Shown piece after piece: positions 46,510 through 56,376 of a DNA stretch of 64,000 nucleotides. The DNA is from a virus (Duplodnaviria > Caudoviricetes). The stretch lies in the IMG/VR virus record IMGVR_UViG_3300028171_000090, positions 96,001-160,000 of that record. One strand, given 5' to 3'. The notes below the pieces were generated by a model. The model made no database searches. It was not told the origin of the DNA and was given only the letters and a program-made list of their open reading frames with translations. The stretch's first letter is position 1, and each line of letters opens with the position of its first letter. The translations under genes were made by a program, and so were the position numbers.

Positions 46510-47166
46510 TTATTTTCTGCTTGAAATTGTTCCTTCGTAGTTCATTGGGTTTGCACATCCCTTTTTATCTCGGAACGTGATATCCCATTCTACGTCGAAT
46601 ATTTCACAAGCATTATTAAATTTCTCCATACTCATCTTACTATGAGCTAATAGAGAACGTTTAAAGTTATTCATATCAGTATCAGAACGGAAGCGGTTTG
46701 AATAGTTCTTAATATCAACTTTCTTATGCTGTAATACCGTTTTAATGATACGTAATAATTCATTATCTGAATCACTGATTGGTGGAACGAATGCTTCACC
46801 CATTTCAGCTGTTAAAGCAGAATCATACACATCCTTCAATCCTTCTTCCTCAATAATTTGAGAAATATAATCTGGATCAATTTCATACACTTTATCAGGT
46901 CTGTATTGACGTTTCATCTTCTTCCCTACTGGACGGACATAAATGATTTCAGAATCTTCACGTACGTCATCGAAGAAGCTTGTGTAAATGCCTGGTACAA
47001 TTTGATCACGTGAGAGTTCCTCAATATCTCCCATGTATGGTAATACCAGATTCATTTCTTTTACGTGATATGCACAGCCTTCCTCAAGGTCTGTGTATTC
47101 GCCTTTCCATTTTTTCACCTTAAATACATCTTCTCCTAGTGAAATATACTTGGGTTTCTTAGCCAT
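46510..47166 (-). CDS. Hypothetical protein, possible C-terminal HTH
   Basis: GGAGG RBS; C-terminal helical pattern ending MSMEKFNNACEIFDV. Confidence 0.65.
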   Translation of the reverse strand: MAKKPKYISLGEDVFKVKKWKGEYTDLEEGCAYHVKEMNLVLPYMGDIEELSRDQIVPGIYTSFFDDVREDSEIIYVRPVGKKMKRQYRPDKVYEIDPDYISQIIEEEGLKDVYDSALTAEMGEAFVPPISDSDNELLRIIKTVLQHKKVDIKNYSNRFRSDTDMNNFKRSLLAHSKMSMEKFNNACEIFDVEWDITFRDKKGCANPMNYEGTISSRK

Positions 47167-47182
47167 AATAAAAGTCCTCCAA

Positions 47183-47947
47183 TTAAATTGATTTAAAGAA
47201 GCCCTTCAGATTTCCAGCAGGTTCTTCTTTACCTATATTGTTTAGGTTTCCTTTACTTTCTATAAATGAGCTTCTCATACTATTACCGCTCATTCGTTGG
47301 TCTATTTCCATATCTGTATTATATTTGCCTTCTTCAGGAATACCCATATAATTTACAATAGCTAGACCTGCTAGATGTAAATCAAAGTTACTTATAATGT
47401 GATACATGGCTTCCAAAGAATCAATTGTCATATGACCGAATGATTCGGATTTACCTACACACATCATCACCCCCTCATAGCAATCTACATCATGATAGAT
47501 TACCGCCGGTGTAAATCGTATAATCGTTTGACCGATTCGTATTGCTTCTTGCAAGTCTTTGAAGTCTAGACTTACAACCAACTCTTGTTTGGTTTCATCT
47601 GAGTAAGCAAATAGCTTATCAAACTCTGGTTCGTAGAACCATTCTAAAACTCTCTTCAGAGTCTTTGTTAGATAACGGATATGACGATAATCAATTCTCA
47701 CGAATTCTTTATCAGTCCAATCTTTACCCGTTTCTTCTAATGATAGGTATGAATTAAAATTCAACCGTATCGATTTCAGAATTCTAGCGTCCATATATTT
47801 ACTGGAAGCATATGTGAACTCTTGATGATAATGCTGTCTCTCCCCTGATTTGTTCTTATGTGCTAACTGCACATTATGCCGTAAAACAAAATTCATGCAG
47901 GGTCGAAATACATCGCTCGAAACTTTCTCTACTGTTTCATAAGCCAA
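47183..47947 (-). CDS. Hypothetical protein
   Basis: TTG start 9 nt after GAGGAG, downstream of an early promoter; the longer track ORF overlaps the helicase. Confidence 0.65.
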   Translation of the reverse strand: MAYETVEKVSSDVFRPCMNFVLRHNVQLAHKNKSGERQHYHQEFTYASSKYMDARILKSIRLNFNSYLSLEETGKDWTDKEFVRIDYRHIRYLTKTLKRVLEWFYEPEFDKLFAYSDETKQELVVSLDFKDLQEAIRIGQTIIRFTPAVIYHDVDCYEGVMMCVGKSESFGHMTIDSLEAMYHIISNFDLHLAGLAIVNYMGIPEEGKYNTDMEIDQRMSGNSMRSSFIESKGNLNNIGKEEPAGNLKGFFKSI

Positions 47948-47971
47948 CCCTCTCAACTCCTCATTGTACCG

Positions 47972-47990
47972 CTCACTAATATAATGTATA
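47972..47990 (-). promoter_or_regulatory. Early-type promoter
   Basis: TATACATTATA-TTA-GTGAG. Confidence 0.75.
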
Positions 47991-47991
47991 T

Positions 47992-49455
47992 CTATTTTAC
48001 GTTTACGATTGTGAACTGTTTGGCACGTTTGAGAAGGAACTTCTTCCGAGCCTTGAATTGGTCTCTGCACGATGAGAATCCCATATCAATAATTTCAAGA
48101 TAAGTTACATCCCCAATATTACGTAAACGTCCTGATACCTGTTTTGCGGTAATCTCAGAACGATACGGTTCACACATTACAAGATAGTGTAAACCTGGTA
48201 TATCATCACCTGTACCTAATGATTTAGTCGTAGATAAGATGATTTGTTTTTGTAGCTGAGCTTCCTTCTTTTCCTTCGTTTTCATATCGGACGTATACAT
48301 CCCTATATTCCCTGCGAAGTGAGGATATCGCTGAAGAATACCTTCCTTAACGATACGTGTAGCCGTCAGCTTCTTCAATAAGAATACAATTCTCATGTCA
48401 GGGTTCTCTGCTAACTTCTGTTCTATACTATCTAATACTAAGAAGATAGACTTGAAGAATAGATCAGAACCCTTTTGTTCTACACAGTAGTCCATATACT
48501 TATTTGTATCCAAGCCATGCATGTTTCGATATGTAGCTTGCAACACACCTGATGGAGCACTGTCATACTGTAGAATTAACATATTCATGTAATTATCTTC
48601 TTTCTCTTTATGGACAAAGAAGTTTGGAATATTTGCAAAGACACGATTATAAATATAGTCCTCGTTATGATTCGAGCGACCTGCGGTTGCTGTTAGATAT
48701 AACGTGTACTTTGTATTTGAGTATAAATCCATCTTCAGCATATTGTGCATATGTAAATGAGCTTCGTCATATATCTTTACACCAATTCGCATTTTCTTAA
48801 ATAATGCTGTTACAGCTTCCCATCCATTACGGTCACCATAACTACGAATTGTACTATGCGAGATTAAGAAAATTTTATACTTAATATCTTTATCTTTCAT
48901 CTTCATTAACTTCTCAATAGACTTACTTCCTGAAATACGATAGATATCCCATTCAGTGATATTCGTATACTGGAATAAGCGTTCTTCCCATTGAGACATT
49001 AAGCCATTCTTTGGTACAACAATAGCCGCTCTCATTTGCATGAATCCTAATGCTGTAACCGAGCAATATGTTTTACCCTCTCCTGTATCTAGGGTTAACA
49101 TATGCCTACTATACTTTCTATTACCTTGATATTTTCCTTCACCAAGTATGTATGCAATCGCTTCTTTCTGATTATCATTTCTTGGTTTGATATTAACTTT
49201 AAACTTTGTATGTTGTACATCATCATGTTTTGAATCCATGAATGCTGTTGTATTAAACTCTTTTTCTAAGAAACTAATACCGATACCACGAGGTATCAGC
49301 AACTTTTGTTCTTCTTCAATATACTCAAGACCTACGTTCACGGTCTTGAAGTTTACTTTATCCCATACTGTTAATTGTTTCTCCAAGCTAGGAGACTGCC
49401 CTAACACGTAGGGCTGAATCTCTATGCTTGTATGTTTCACTGTAACTTTAGTCAT
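47992..49455 (-). CDS. uvsW: SF2 DNA helicase, UvsW-like
   Basis: TGEGKT, IYDEAH, LTAT, STTKSLGTGDDIP, QVSGRLR. Confidence 0.9.
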   Translation of the reverse strand: MTKVTVKHTSIEIQPYVLGQSPSLEKQLTVWDKVNFKTVNVGLEYIEEEQKLLIPRGIGISFLEKEFNTTAFMDSKHDDVQHTKFKVNIKPRNDNQKEAIAYILGEGKYQGNRKYSRHMLTLDTGEGKTYCSVTALGFMQMRAAIVVPKNGLMSQWEERLFQYTNITEWDIYRISGSKSIEKLMKMKDKDIKYKIFLISHSTIRSYGDRNGWEAVTALFKKMRIGVKIYDEAHLHMHNMLKMDLYSNTKYTLYLTATAGRSNHNEDYIYNRVFANIPNFFVHKEKEDNYMNMLILQYDSAPSGVLQATYRNMHGLDTNKYMDYCVEQKGSDLFFKSIFLVLDSIEQKLAENPDMRIVFLLKKLTATRIVKEGILQRYPHFAGNIGMYTSDMKTKEKKEAQLQKQIILSTTKSLGTGDDIPGLHYLVMCEPYRSEITAKQVSGRLRNIGDVTYLEIIDMGFSSCRDQFKARKKFLLKRAKQFTIVNVK

Positions 49456-51440
49456 TATCTATCATCTCCATATACGTCAAGTACTTGGTTATAGTCTTGC
49501 ATAAACAGCGGGTCAAACATCGACGGTGCTGTTTTCTTATATGTCATCGGACGACGAAGTTGTTCTTCAATACGTTCGAATGATAACGATACCAGTGCAG
49601 ATGGATGGAACTTCAATGCTTTCTTAACAGACATCATTTCATATTCAATCTCATCTTTCGTATAATCTGGTAGGTGTAACTTATTATTCTCATCACGCAT
49701 AATATTACGCAGGATGAGTTCAGCATGAACTAGCATTGTGCTAATCCCTGTGCTTACAAGTAGTTCACAGAATTTCTGAACCATTTCAGAAACTGTTTCA
49801 CAACCTAAGTGAGCTTTGTTATCTACAAGTGCCATGATATCTTTTAATGGTTTTGTAAGCTCATTATTGATGATTGTGATTGCAAATAGTGAACGCCCTT
49901 CTTCATCATCTTTAATCTTATTCATCGGAATCACGAACTGGTTATCAACTGGATCGTAATGCTTATCCATTAAGTCATCCAGATACTCTGAAATGAATAA
50001 CGTTGGTTCGGATTCCCCAATCTCTCGAATCGTACAGATAGGTTTCTTTGTTTTCTTTACACGAATACGGAAGTATGAAATCTTCTTATTGAATTCCATT
50101 ACTTCATCGAACTCAGATTCTGTCTGTACATCTTTCGCATCAATTACCATTTCTAATCCCTTCACATCTGCATCTGGTTGTAATACGATATCACCGCCAT
50201 CGATTGTGAAGTAGCTATCAAATCCTTCTGTCATTTTAATTTGCTTAGATTTCGTCTTCAGTAAATGTTTTGCTGACAGAATGTTCTGTGTTAGTTTCGC
50301 CGATACATCCTTAACGGCAAATAGTCCAATATGGAATCCATTGTTATTCACATAAGCTAAGTCGCCATAACATGCATAACAGATTCCTTTCTTGCTTGCA
50401 CAAGTAGACGGACTACGTAAATAGATTGTCTGACCGATTAAATGAGTATCTTCAGCAAATACTGTACGAGATACTTTTGCTTTCGGACTCTTCTTATATT
50501 TACGACCTTCAATCTTTTCTAAGTGTGTTGGTGTTAATACCGTGAACTCCACAAAGTGTTTTGTGTTACATACATATCGTGGGTCATCATGTAATTTAAT
50601 ATCCATACATAGTAAGTCTAGACGGCGTGCAAAGTAACCTGATTTACCAGTGAACTCTTTGTTCATGATTAGGGCTTTACGACCGCCGAATGCATCTAAT
50701 GTATAATAAGAAGGTTTATCGAATCCACGCGTTAATAAGTTTGTATTAATTGGCATTGGATATGTATTACCTTCTAAGTCTGATTTCATACCACCCGATA
50801 GTTGGAACTCATTCAATTGGTCAACCTTAACACCCTGACCTGAGTTCAAGAATGGTTTCAAGTTATTCGGAATTACTTTTAAGATGTCTACCATCTCAGC
50901 ACCACGACTACGGATATAGTTCTCAATCTCACTTGGTTGTAATCCATGAGGTACAACTGTATTGATTAACTCTTTGTACCGTGGGCTTATTTTTGATAAT
51001 TGGATTGTATCATATAGATTCATACCCATTGCCATGATAAGACCGAAGTCTTCATCAATCTTTGCAAGACCCTCAATGATTTTCGCACATTCCATGCTTA
51101 GGTCTTCTACTGCAACCTTACGTTTCAATGGTTCAATAATTTTGTCATCAATATACCCTTTAATCACTCGTTGGGTAATGTTAGAACAGTCCATAATTAG
51201 GTCTGGTCCTAGTTCTACTTTGTATTTAACAAAGGGTCTCCACATGATCATATTTGTAATGAAATCAGTGATATGGAGTACAAAGACGTTATCGTCGGCT
51301 TTGTTAAACTTAAATCTAATTTGTTTTTCGAAGCAATGCTTCTTCCCGATATTACGTTTCATGTAATCGTAGCGTTTATCGAATTCTGCTCTCCACGCTT
51401 TTTTACCTGATAAGACTTCTTTAATAATAACAACTGACAT
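49455..51440 (-). CDS. rpoC: RNA polymerase beta-prime subunit, C-terminal half (probably non-virion RNAP)
   Basis: Bridge helix KSGYFARRL, Zn site LRSPSTC...ICYACYG, trigger loop LTQNILSAKH, SLSFE; GGAGGGAG RBS. Confidence 0.92.
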   Translation of the reverse strand: MSVVIIKEVLSGKKAWRAEFDKRYDYMKRNIGKKHCFEKQIRFKFNKADDNVFVLHITDFITNMIMWRPFVKYKVELGPDLIMDCSNITQRVIKGYIDDKIIEPLKRKVAVEDLSMECAKIIEGLAKIDEDFGLIMAMGMNLYDTIQLSKISPRYKELINTVVPHGLQPSEIENYIRSRGAEMVDILKVIPNNLKPFLNSGQGVKVDQLNEFQLSGGMKSDLEGNTYPMPINTNLLTRGFDKPSYYTLDAFGGRKALIMNKEFTGKSGYFARRLDLLCMDIKLHDDPRYVCNTKHFVEFTVLTPTHLEKIEGRKYKKSPKAKVSRTVFAEDTHLIGQTIYLRSPSTCASKKGICYACYGDLAYVNNNGFHIGLFAVKDVSAKLTQNILSAKHLLKTKSKQIKMTEGFDSYFTIDGGDIVLQPDADVKGLEMVIDAKDVQTESEFDEVMEFNKKISYFRIRVKKTKKPICTIREIGESEPTLFISEYLDDLMDKHYDPVDNQFVIPMNKIKDDEEGRSLFAITIINNELTKPLKDIMALVDNKAHLGCETVSEMVQKFCELLVSTGISTMLVHAELILRNIMRDENNKLHLPDYTKDEIEYEMMSVKKALKFHPSALVSLSFERIEEQLRRPMTYKKTAPSMFDPLFMQDYNQVLDVYGDDR

Positions 51441-51475
51441 GTTATTAACTCCCTCCAAATATTTAATTTCTATAT

Positions 51476-51494
51476 CTCACGTAGATAATGTTTA
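51476..51494 (-). promoter_or_regulatory. Early-type promoter of the beta-prime/helicase operon
   Basis: TAAACATTATC-TAC-GTGAG. Confidence 0.65.
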
Positions 51495-51594
51495 CTTATA
51501 ATCTACATTAAATATTAACATGTTACTCCTATATTAGATGGCGATTTTTTACTATGAACCCAAAAAAATAAGGGAACCGAAGTTCCCTTTAATC

Positions 51595-52086
51595 TTAATA
51601 TTTACTACGAGCATTTGTGTAATCTTCGTTAATACGATCAGTTGGAATATAAACGTATACTGTATTTGATTCTGTAATCTTTGCACCTTCCCAATGTGGT
51701 GAATAATCTTTACGTTTAATATTAACTTTTGTTGTAGTAAATACATCTTTCATAGATGCATTCTCTCTAGTTATAATCTTACCATTCTCTGTACGATAAT
51801 TACCTACAACATAATCTCCATGGAATGGTGTTACTGAGCGAACCGTTATAGTAGAACCAGTATCACGTTTTTCATAAGTCATCACATTACGTAATGCACG
51901 ATTTTTAAAATTAGTTCTACCTTGCTTTCCTACATGAATGTGAATACTTGTATTATCATCAATCATACGTTCAAGGAAATCAGCTTCATCTTGATTTAAT
52001 AACCCGTGGGATACAATCTCTTTCATCTTTTCAGTACCTGTTTTATAAATACTAGTATTTCCGAATAATGCTAATAAGTTCGTCAT
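51595..52086 (-). CDS. Hypothetical protein, paralogue of 52265..52726
   Basis: AAGGAG RBS; GLLNQDEADFL vs NLLTKQEWEKL; ends VYVYIP. Confidence 0.75.
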   Translation of the reverse strand: MTNLLALFGNTSIYKTGTEKMKEIVSHGLLNQDEADFLERMIDDNTSIHIHVGKQGRTNFKNRALRNVMTYEKRDTGSTITVRSVTPFHGDYVVGNYRTENGKIITRENASMKDVFTTTKVNIKRKDYSPHWEGAKITESNTVYVYIPTDRINEDYTNARSKY

Positions 52087-52104
52087 GATAATATCTCCTT
52101 TAAT

Positions 52105-52188
52105 CTATACATGTTTTTCATGTATAGTGAATATTGTTATGGACAACATTCAAACCTTTATTTGTCTACCTCACTATTATAATATATA
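52105..52188 (-). promoter_or_regulatory. Early promoter plus conserved two-hairpin leader (copy 1)
   Basis: Promoter 52188-52170; 28-nt motif 52131-52158; CTATACATG-AAAAA-CATGTATAG. Confidence 0.7.
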
Positions 52189-52264
52189 TCTTAATATATG
52201 TTAATTACGATTTTATCTATGTTCCTAAAAAAATAAGAGAACCGAAGTTCTCTTATTGTTTCTC

Positions 52265-52726
52265 CTATAATCTATAGGAAGGAATGTAGATTGACATTCT
52301 CGATGAGAATGCGGATGGCTTAATAGTATTCTCTCTACTTTCCGCTGCATTTGTAGTCACCAGCATAACGGCGAAAACATCATCCATCTCAGGTACTTTC
52401 TTTTGTGTTTCCATGCCCACTTTATGGACAAGGGTGCCAAATTCAAACTCCCCAAATAATGGTATAATATCTCTAGTAGTAATAATCATGGTGTCATCCA
52501 CTTGGATAGCCGTGTCTATTATGGTAATCTCATTGTACTTGAATGGCTCCAAGAACTCTTTTCCATAATACACACTAAGTTCAGTTGTGTGGTTGATTTC
52601 GATTAATTTCTCCCACTCCTGTTTTGTGAGCAAGTTCTCATTCAATAGCGTATCTAATAACGCTCTTTGATGAATTCCTCTTGCACGTGTAACTTCTTCT
52701 CGGTTAACTAGTAAATGCTTTTCCAT
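52265..52726 (-). CDS. Hypothetical protein, paralogue of 51595..52086
   Basis: AAGGAG RBS; ends MSIYIP. Confidence 0.75.
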   Translation of the reverse strand: MEKHLLVNREEVTRARGIHQRALLDTLLNENLLTKQEWEKLIEINHTTELSVYYGKEFLEPFKYNEITIIDTAIQVDDTMIITTRDIIPLFGEFEFGTLVHKVGMETQKKVPEMDDVFAVMLVTTNAAESRENTIKPSAFSSRMSIYIPSYRL

Positions 52727-52743
52727 TTCTCTACTCCTTTATA

Positions 52744-52830
52744 TATGACACCTCTTTTAGGACGTCATAGCATATTGTTTCGGACAACATGCAAACCTTG
52801 TTATGCTGTGCTACACTAGTATAATGTATA
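52744..52830 (-). promoter_or_regulatory. Early promoter plus conserved two-hairpin leader (copy 2)
   Basis: Promoter 52830-52812; 28-nt motif 52772-52799 (25/28 identical to copy 1); TATGAC..CCT-AAAAG-AGG..GTCATA. Confidence 0.7.
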
Positions 52831-52903
52831 TTTGGAAAAGAGTCTATTCCGTTTTTCTATGATCCGGCAAAAAAGACGGTAGAGCCTAAGCTCTACCATC
52901 TAA

Positions 52904-53353
52904 TTATTTCTTAACTTTCTTAGCAACCTTTTTAGGTCCATTTAAGATACGTTGTTTGTTTTGACGAACACGAGAAGCTGCTTGTCCACGATACTTCTTC
53001 GTTAATTTGTCAAGAAGGTGTTTACGCACTTTCCAGATTGTAATAAGTTTCTTGAAGTCGCGGTCACCTTTCTCACGAGCAATTGCAAGAATTGCTTGAG
53101 ATTCAGCACGAGATAATTTTGCAGTTTTATCGAAACGTACAATTGTTTTCTCACTAAGCATACCTAAAGCTACTGCTTCATCATACTCAGGGCTTTGTAA
53201 GAACTCTGATAATTCTTCTTCAGTAAGCTCATCTTGTAAAATAGCTTCTGAGATTAATACATCGTTTTCTGGGTCTGCTTCAGTTAACTGAGCAGTAAGA
53301 CCCTCAATACCACTTTCATTTAAGATAGAAGTAATTTGAGTTAAATCAATCAT
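52904..53353 (-). CDS. Probable internal head protein (acidic N-terminal propeptide, basic C-terminus)
   Basis: AGGAGG RBS at 53353, late promoter AACA-TGATTA-TA (53417-53406), LNE/S, LTE/A, ISE/A sites. Confidence 0.6.
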   Translation of the reverse strand: MIDLTQITSILNESGIEGLTAQLTEADPENDVLISEAILQDELTEEELSEFLQSPEYDEAVALGMLSEKTIVRFDKTAKLSRAESQAILAIAREKGDRDFKKLITIWKVRKHLLDKLTKKYRGQAASRVRQNKQRILNGPKKVAKKVKK

Positions 53354-53486
53354 TTGAATACCTCCTAAGTAGTTACTCAATCCCAAAGAGATTAAGATTA
53401 TATATTATAATCATGTTAATACGTAATTTTTACAAATTGACTATTAATAAAACAATCCATTGAGAAAGAAAAGGAGGTAGAAAATT

Positions 53487-55427
53487 ATGGGAGCATTACA
53501 ATTAGATGACTATACCATGATACGCAAGTGGAAAAAGGAAATGAGACGATTACTAGGTATTCGTTATCCACAAGCGACAAGAAAGGAAATGGATAAATAT
53601 CTAGGAAGAAAACTAGATGAGCATTTGAAAGTGGAGGATGTAGAGTTTTATAATAACTACACAGGTACAAGGTACGCTTCATCCACTTTGGATATCACTG
53701 AATATTATTATAAAGTGAAACCAATTACGACAGAGCATGGTGTTCTATTTGACCCACATGCCGACAATCCAGCATCGAAGATGTTAATGAAATGGAAGTA
53801 CAGTCGTACAAACTATAAGAACTTAATGAAAGATTCACCAAAGGATTCATTCGAGTATTCCCTGTATGACTTGTATCAGTTACTAGAAAAGATTAAGTCA
53901 AACTCATACTACGGGGTATCAGGTGCAAGAACTTCTATATTCTATAATTTACATTCTGCTTTATCTGTAACAGGTAAAGGGCAAACATTAATATCTACTG
54001 CAATGATGTGCTTTGAAGCATTCATGGCAAATAACATCACGTTCCGTAATACAGATGAATGTCTTGTATTCATTAAGAACGTAGCAGGAGAAGCAAGAGA
54101 TAAGAAATTCAACGATAGAGTTGTATTAGATCGAAACATTGACATCGAACGAGTATATCGTAAACTAGCGGATACATTCGATGATGGTGTAGTAGTACGT
54201 CGAGACATTATCTTCCCAGTATTAGTTGGGTTAAACAAGTCTCAATTAAATTTACTATACTATAAGAATAACTTAATTGAGTTCTGTCGTAATGAAGGAA
54301 TCATGGAATTAATGAGAGACTTCATGTTACGTACAGAGGTATTCAATAACCCAGGTAAAGTCCCTGAGGATATTGTAGATGATGTAACATACCTATGGGA
54401 TATGGTTCATGAGTACGTATTCTATAACTATCCAACAATGGATAGAATTCATAGATTAAAAACGCAGAAACGTAAAGCAGTATTAATCATTGATACAGAC
54501 TCAAACTTTATCAATTTAGACCCATGGTATCAATTCGTAAAAGATGAAGTATTCGCAGGAATCGATGTGTCGCATAAAGACCCAACTGACTTCCGTTATA
54601 CGATTCTGTATACATGTGCATACTTCTTAGAGAAAGTTATTGAGAAGACATTATATCAATTCATGGTACATTGTAACGTACCGAAAGAACGTCGAGATAT
54701 GTTAACAATGAAGAATGAGTTCTTATTCGTACGTATCTTAATCACAGATAACAAAAAGAACTATGCTTCAGTCATAGAGTTCCGAGAAGGTAGTGCTATG
54801 GATAAACTCGATGTTAAAGGTCTAGCATTGACCAAATCAACAACGAACCGAAATGCTTCTAAGATATTCAAAGATATTCTAGAGAATGACATCTTACGTT
54901 CTGGTGAGATTGACTTACCACATATCTTACGAAGACTACATCAGTTCGAGCAAGAAATTCGAAACTCACTGAAAGCGGGTGAGACAACTTACTTGCAACC
55001 ATCGTCTGTAAAAGACTTTAATGCATATGACGATCCGTTGAAAATGCAGCAGGTTGTAGCAACTATCATGTGGAATACTGCGTTCCCAGAGAATGAGATT
55101 GTACCACCAGATAGTTTCTTTATTGTAAAAACAAATTTAACAAAGCTAAAAGATTTAGACCGAATCAAAGATATTGAACCTGTTATTTATGAGAGATTGA
55201 AGACAGAAATCTTTGAAGGTAACGAACGATTAGCGAAGAAAGGCGTCTACGTAATGGCTATACCGCGTGACGAGAAAGTACCTAGCTGGTTAACTCCATT
55301 CATCGATGTAGAAGAGATGACTACCACTACGATGAAGAGTATCATGCCAGTCTTGAAAGCTTTAGAGTTAGAATCAATTCATAACTCTGCAAGTGATGAT
55401 AATTACAGTAATGTCATATCCTTCTAA
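53487..55427 (+). CDS. polB: Family B DNA polymerase, C-terminal half (motifs B and C)
   Basis: KIKSNSYYG (motif B), IDTDS (motif C), KKNYA, DVKG; AAGGAGG RBS; AACA-ATCCAT-TG upstream. Confidence 0.92.
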   Translation: MGALQLDDYTMIRKWKKEMRRLLGIRYPQATRKEMDKYLGRKLDEHLKVEDVEFYNNYTGTRYASSTLDITEYYYKVKPITTEHGVLFDPHADNPASKMLMKWKYSRTNYKNLMKDSPKDSFEYSLYDLYQLLEKIKSNSYYGVSGARTSIFYNLHSALSVTGKGQTLISTAMMCFEAFMANNITFRNTDECLVFIKNVAGEARDKKFNDRVVLDRNIDIERVYRKLADTFDDGVVVRRDIIFPVLVGLNKSQLNLLYYKNNLIEFCRNEGIMELMRDFMLRTEVFNNPGKVPEDIVDDVTYLWDMVHEYVFYNYPTMDRIHRLKTQKRKAVLIIDTDSNFINLDPWYQFVKDEVFAGIDVSHKDPTDFRYTILYTCAYFLEKVIEKTLYQFMVHCNVPKERRDMLTMKNEFLFVRILITDNKKNYASVIEFREGSAMDKLDVKGLALTKSTTNRNASKIFKDILENDILRSGEIDLPHILRRLHQFEQEIRNSLKAGETTYLQPSSVKDFNAYDDPLKMQQVVATIMWNTAFPENEIVPPDSFFIVKTNLTKLKDLDRIKDIEPVIYERLKTEIFEGNERLAKKGVYVMAIPRDEKVPSWLTPFIDVEEMTTTTMKSIMPVLKALELESIHNSASDDNYSNVISF

Positions 55428-55492
55428 CGAAGGATATGGTTTTACATTTAAACTAACACTATACTAATTGAAATCTAAGGAGGAATACCACT

Positions 55493-56317
55493 ATGGCATT
55501 CGGAAATAATGGAAGACAAAACAATAATAATCAAGAGCAATCTACTAATACAAGAGGACCTCAAATGTACAATCGCGACAAAGAGCGTGGCTCAACATTA
55601 ATCTGTGGATTCTGGAATACAATGCAAACGATTAAAATTTGTCCAATCTTACCACAGGATAAACGCAGCGAATCTAAAATGTACAATTATGAAACATTCT
55701 TGACTTCAGCTCTTGTACCTGAAAAAGCTTATGCTTTAATGACAGGTATTAAGAAACATGTTTTACCAGCATTAGAGTCTGGTGAATTAGAATCAATTCG
55801 TAACGTTGGTGTACCAGTAGGAGAAGGATTCATTCAAATCTCTAACGGTCACTCATTAGGATATCCATTAGGTTTATACATAACTATCTTCAGTAAAATT
55901 GATGCTGAGAATGGTAGAGCAGAACAATGGTTATCATTTGAATTTACGCAATCTCCATACTTCTTAAACTACAATCATGAAGATGGAGACATTTCAAAAG
56001 AAGCAGAATACATGGACTTCGGTATCTTCATGAACTACTTAGCTGAAGGTATTAAAGCAAGTTCGCGTGCAGTAGCACATAGTGTACGTGACCAATACAA
56101 ATACGTTGATAATGGTCGTCGTAACGAAATCAAACAAATCATGGATAAGCTTGGTATTGAATCTAATAATGGATACAATAACAACAGAGGCAATAGCGGT
56201 GGTCAATCCAACGGATTCTTCGGCGGAGGTAAAATCAATAAGAACGAAGGCTCTGGCTTAGAAGAGAAAGAGATTGAATACAAAGACGCAAAAGACATGC
56301 CTCGCTTACCACTTTAA
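55493..56317 (+). CDS. Hypothetical protein, possible single-stranded DNA-binding protein
   Basis: Follows polymerase, own AACA-N6-TA promoter (55455-55466), high-expression codons, beta-rich core, N/G-rich linker, charged tail. Confidence 0.4.
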   Translation: MAFGNNGRQNNNNQEQSTNTRGPQMYNRDKERGSTLICGFWNTMQTIKICPILPQDKRSESKMYNYETFLTSALVPEKAYALMTGIKKHVLPALESGELESIRNVGVPVGEGFIQISNGHSLGYPLGLYITIFSKIDAENGRAEQWLSFEFTQSPYFLNYNHEDGDISKEAEYMDFGIFMNYLAEGIKASSRAVAHSVRDQYKYVDNGRRNEIKQIMDKLGIESNNGYNNNRGNSGGQSNGFFGGGKINKNEGSGLEEKEIEYKDAKDMPRLPL

Positions 56318-56376
56318 TAACCTGACGGATATACTTTCATAGTATATCCGTTATATTTTTTTATATAGGAGGAATT

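Noticed and set aside
50962-51366. 134-aa plus-strand ORF
   Set aside because: Antisense to RNAP beta-prime; no RBS
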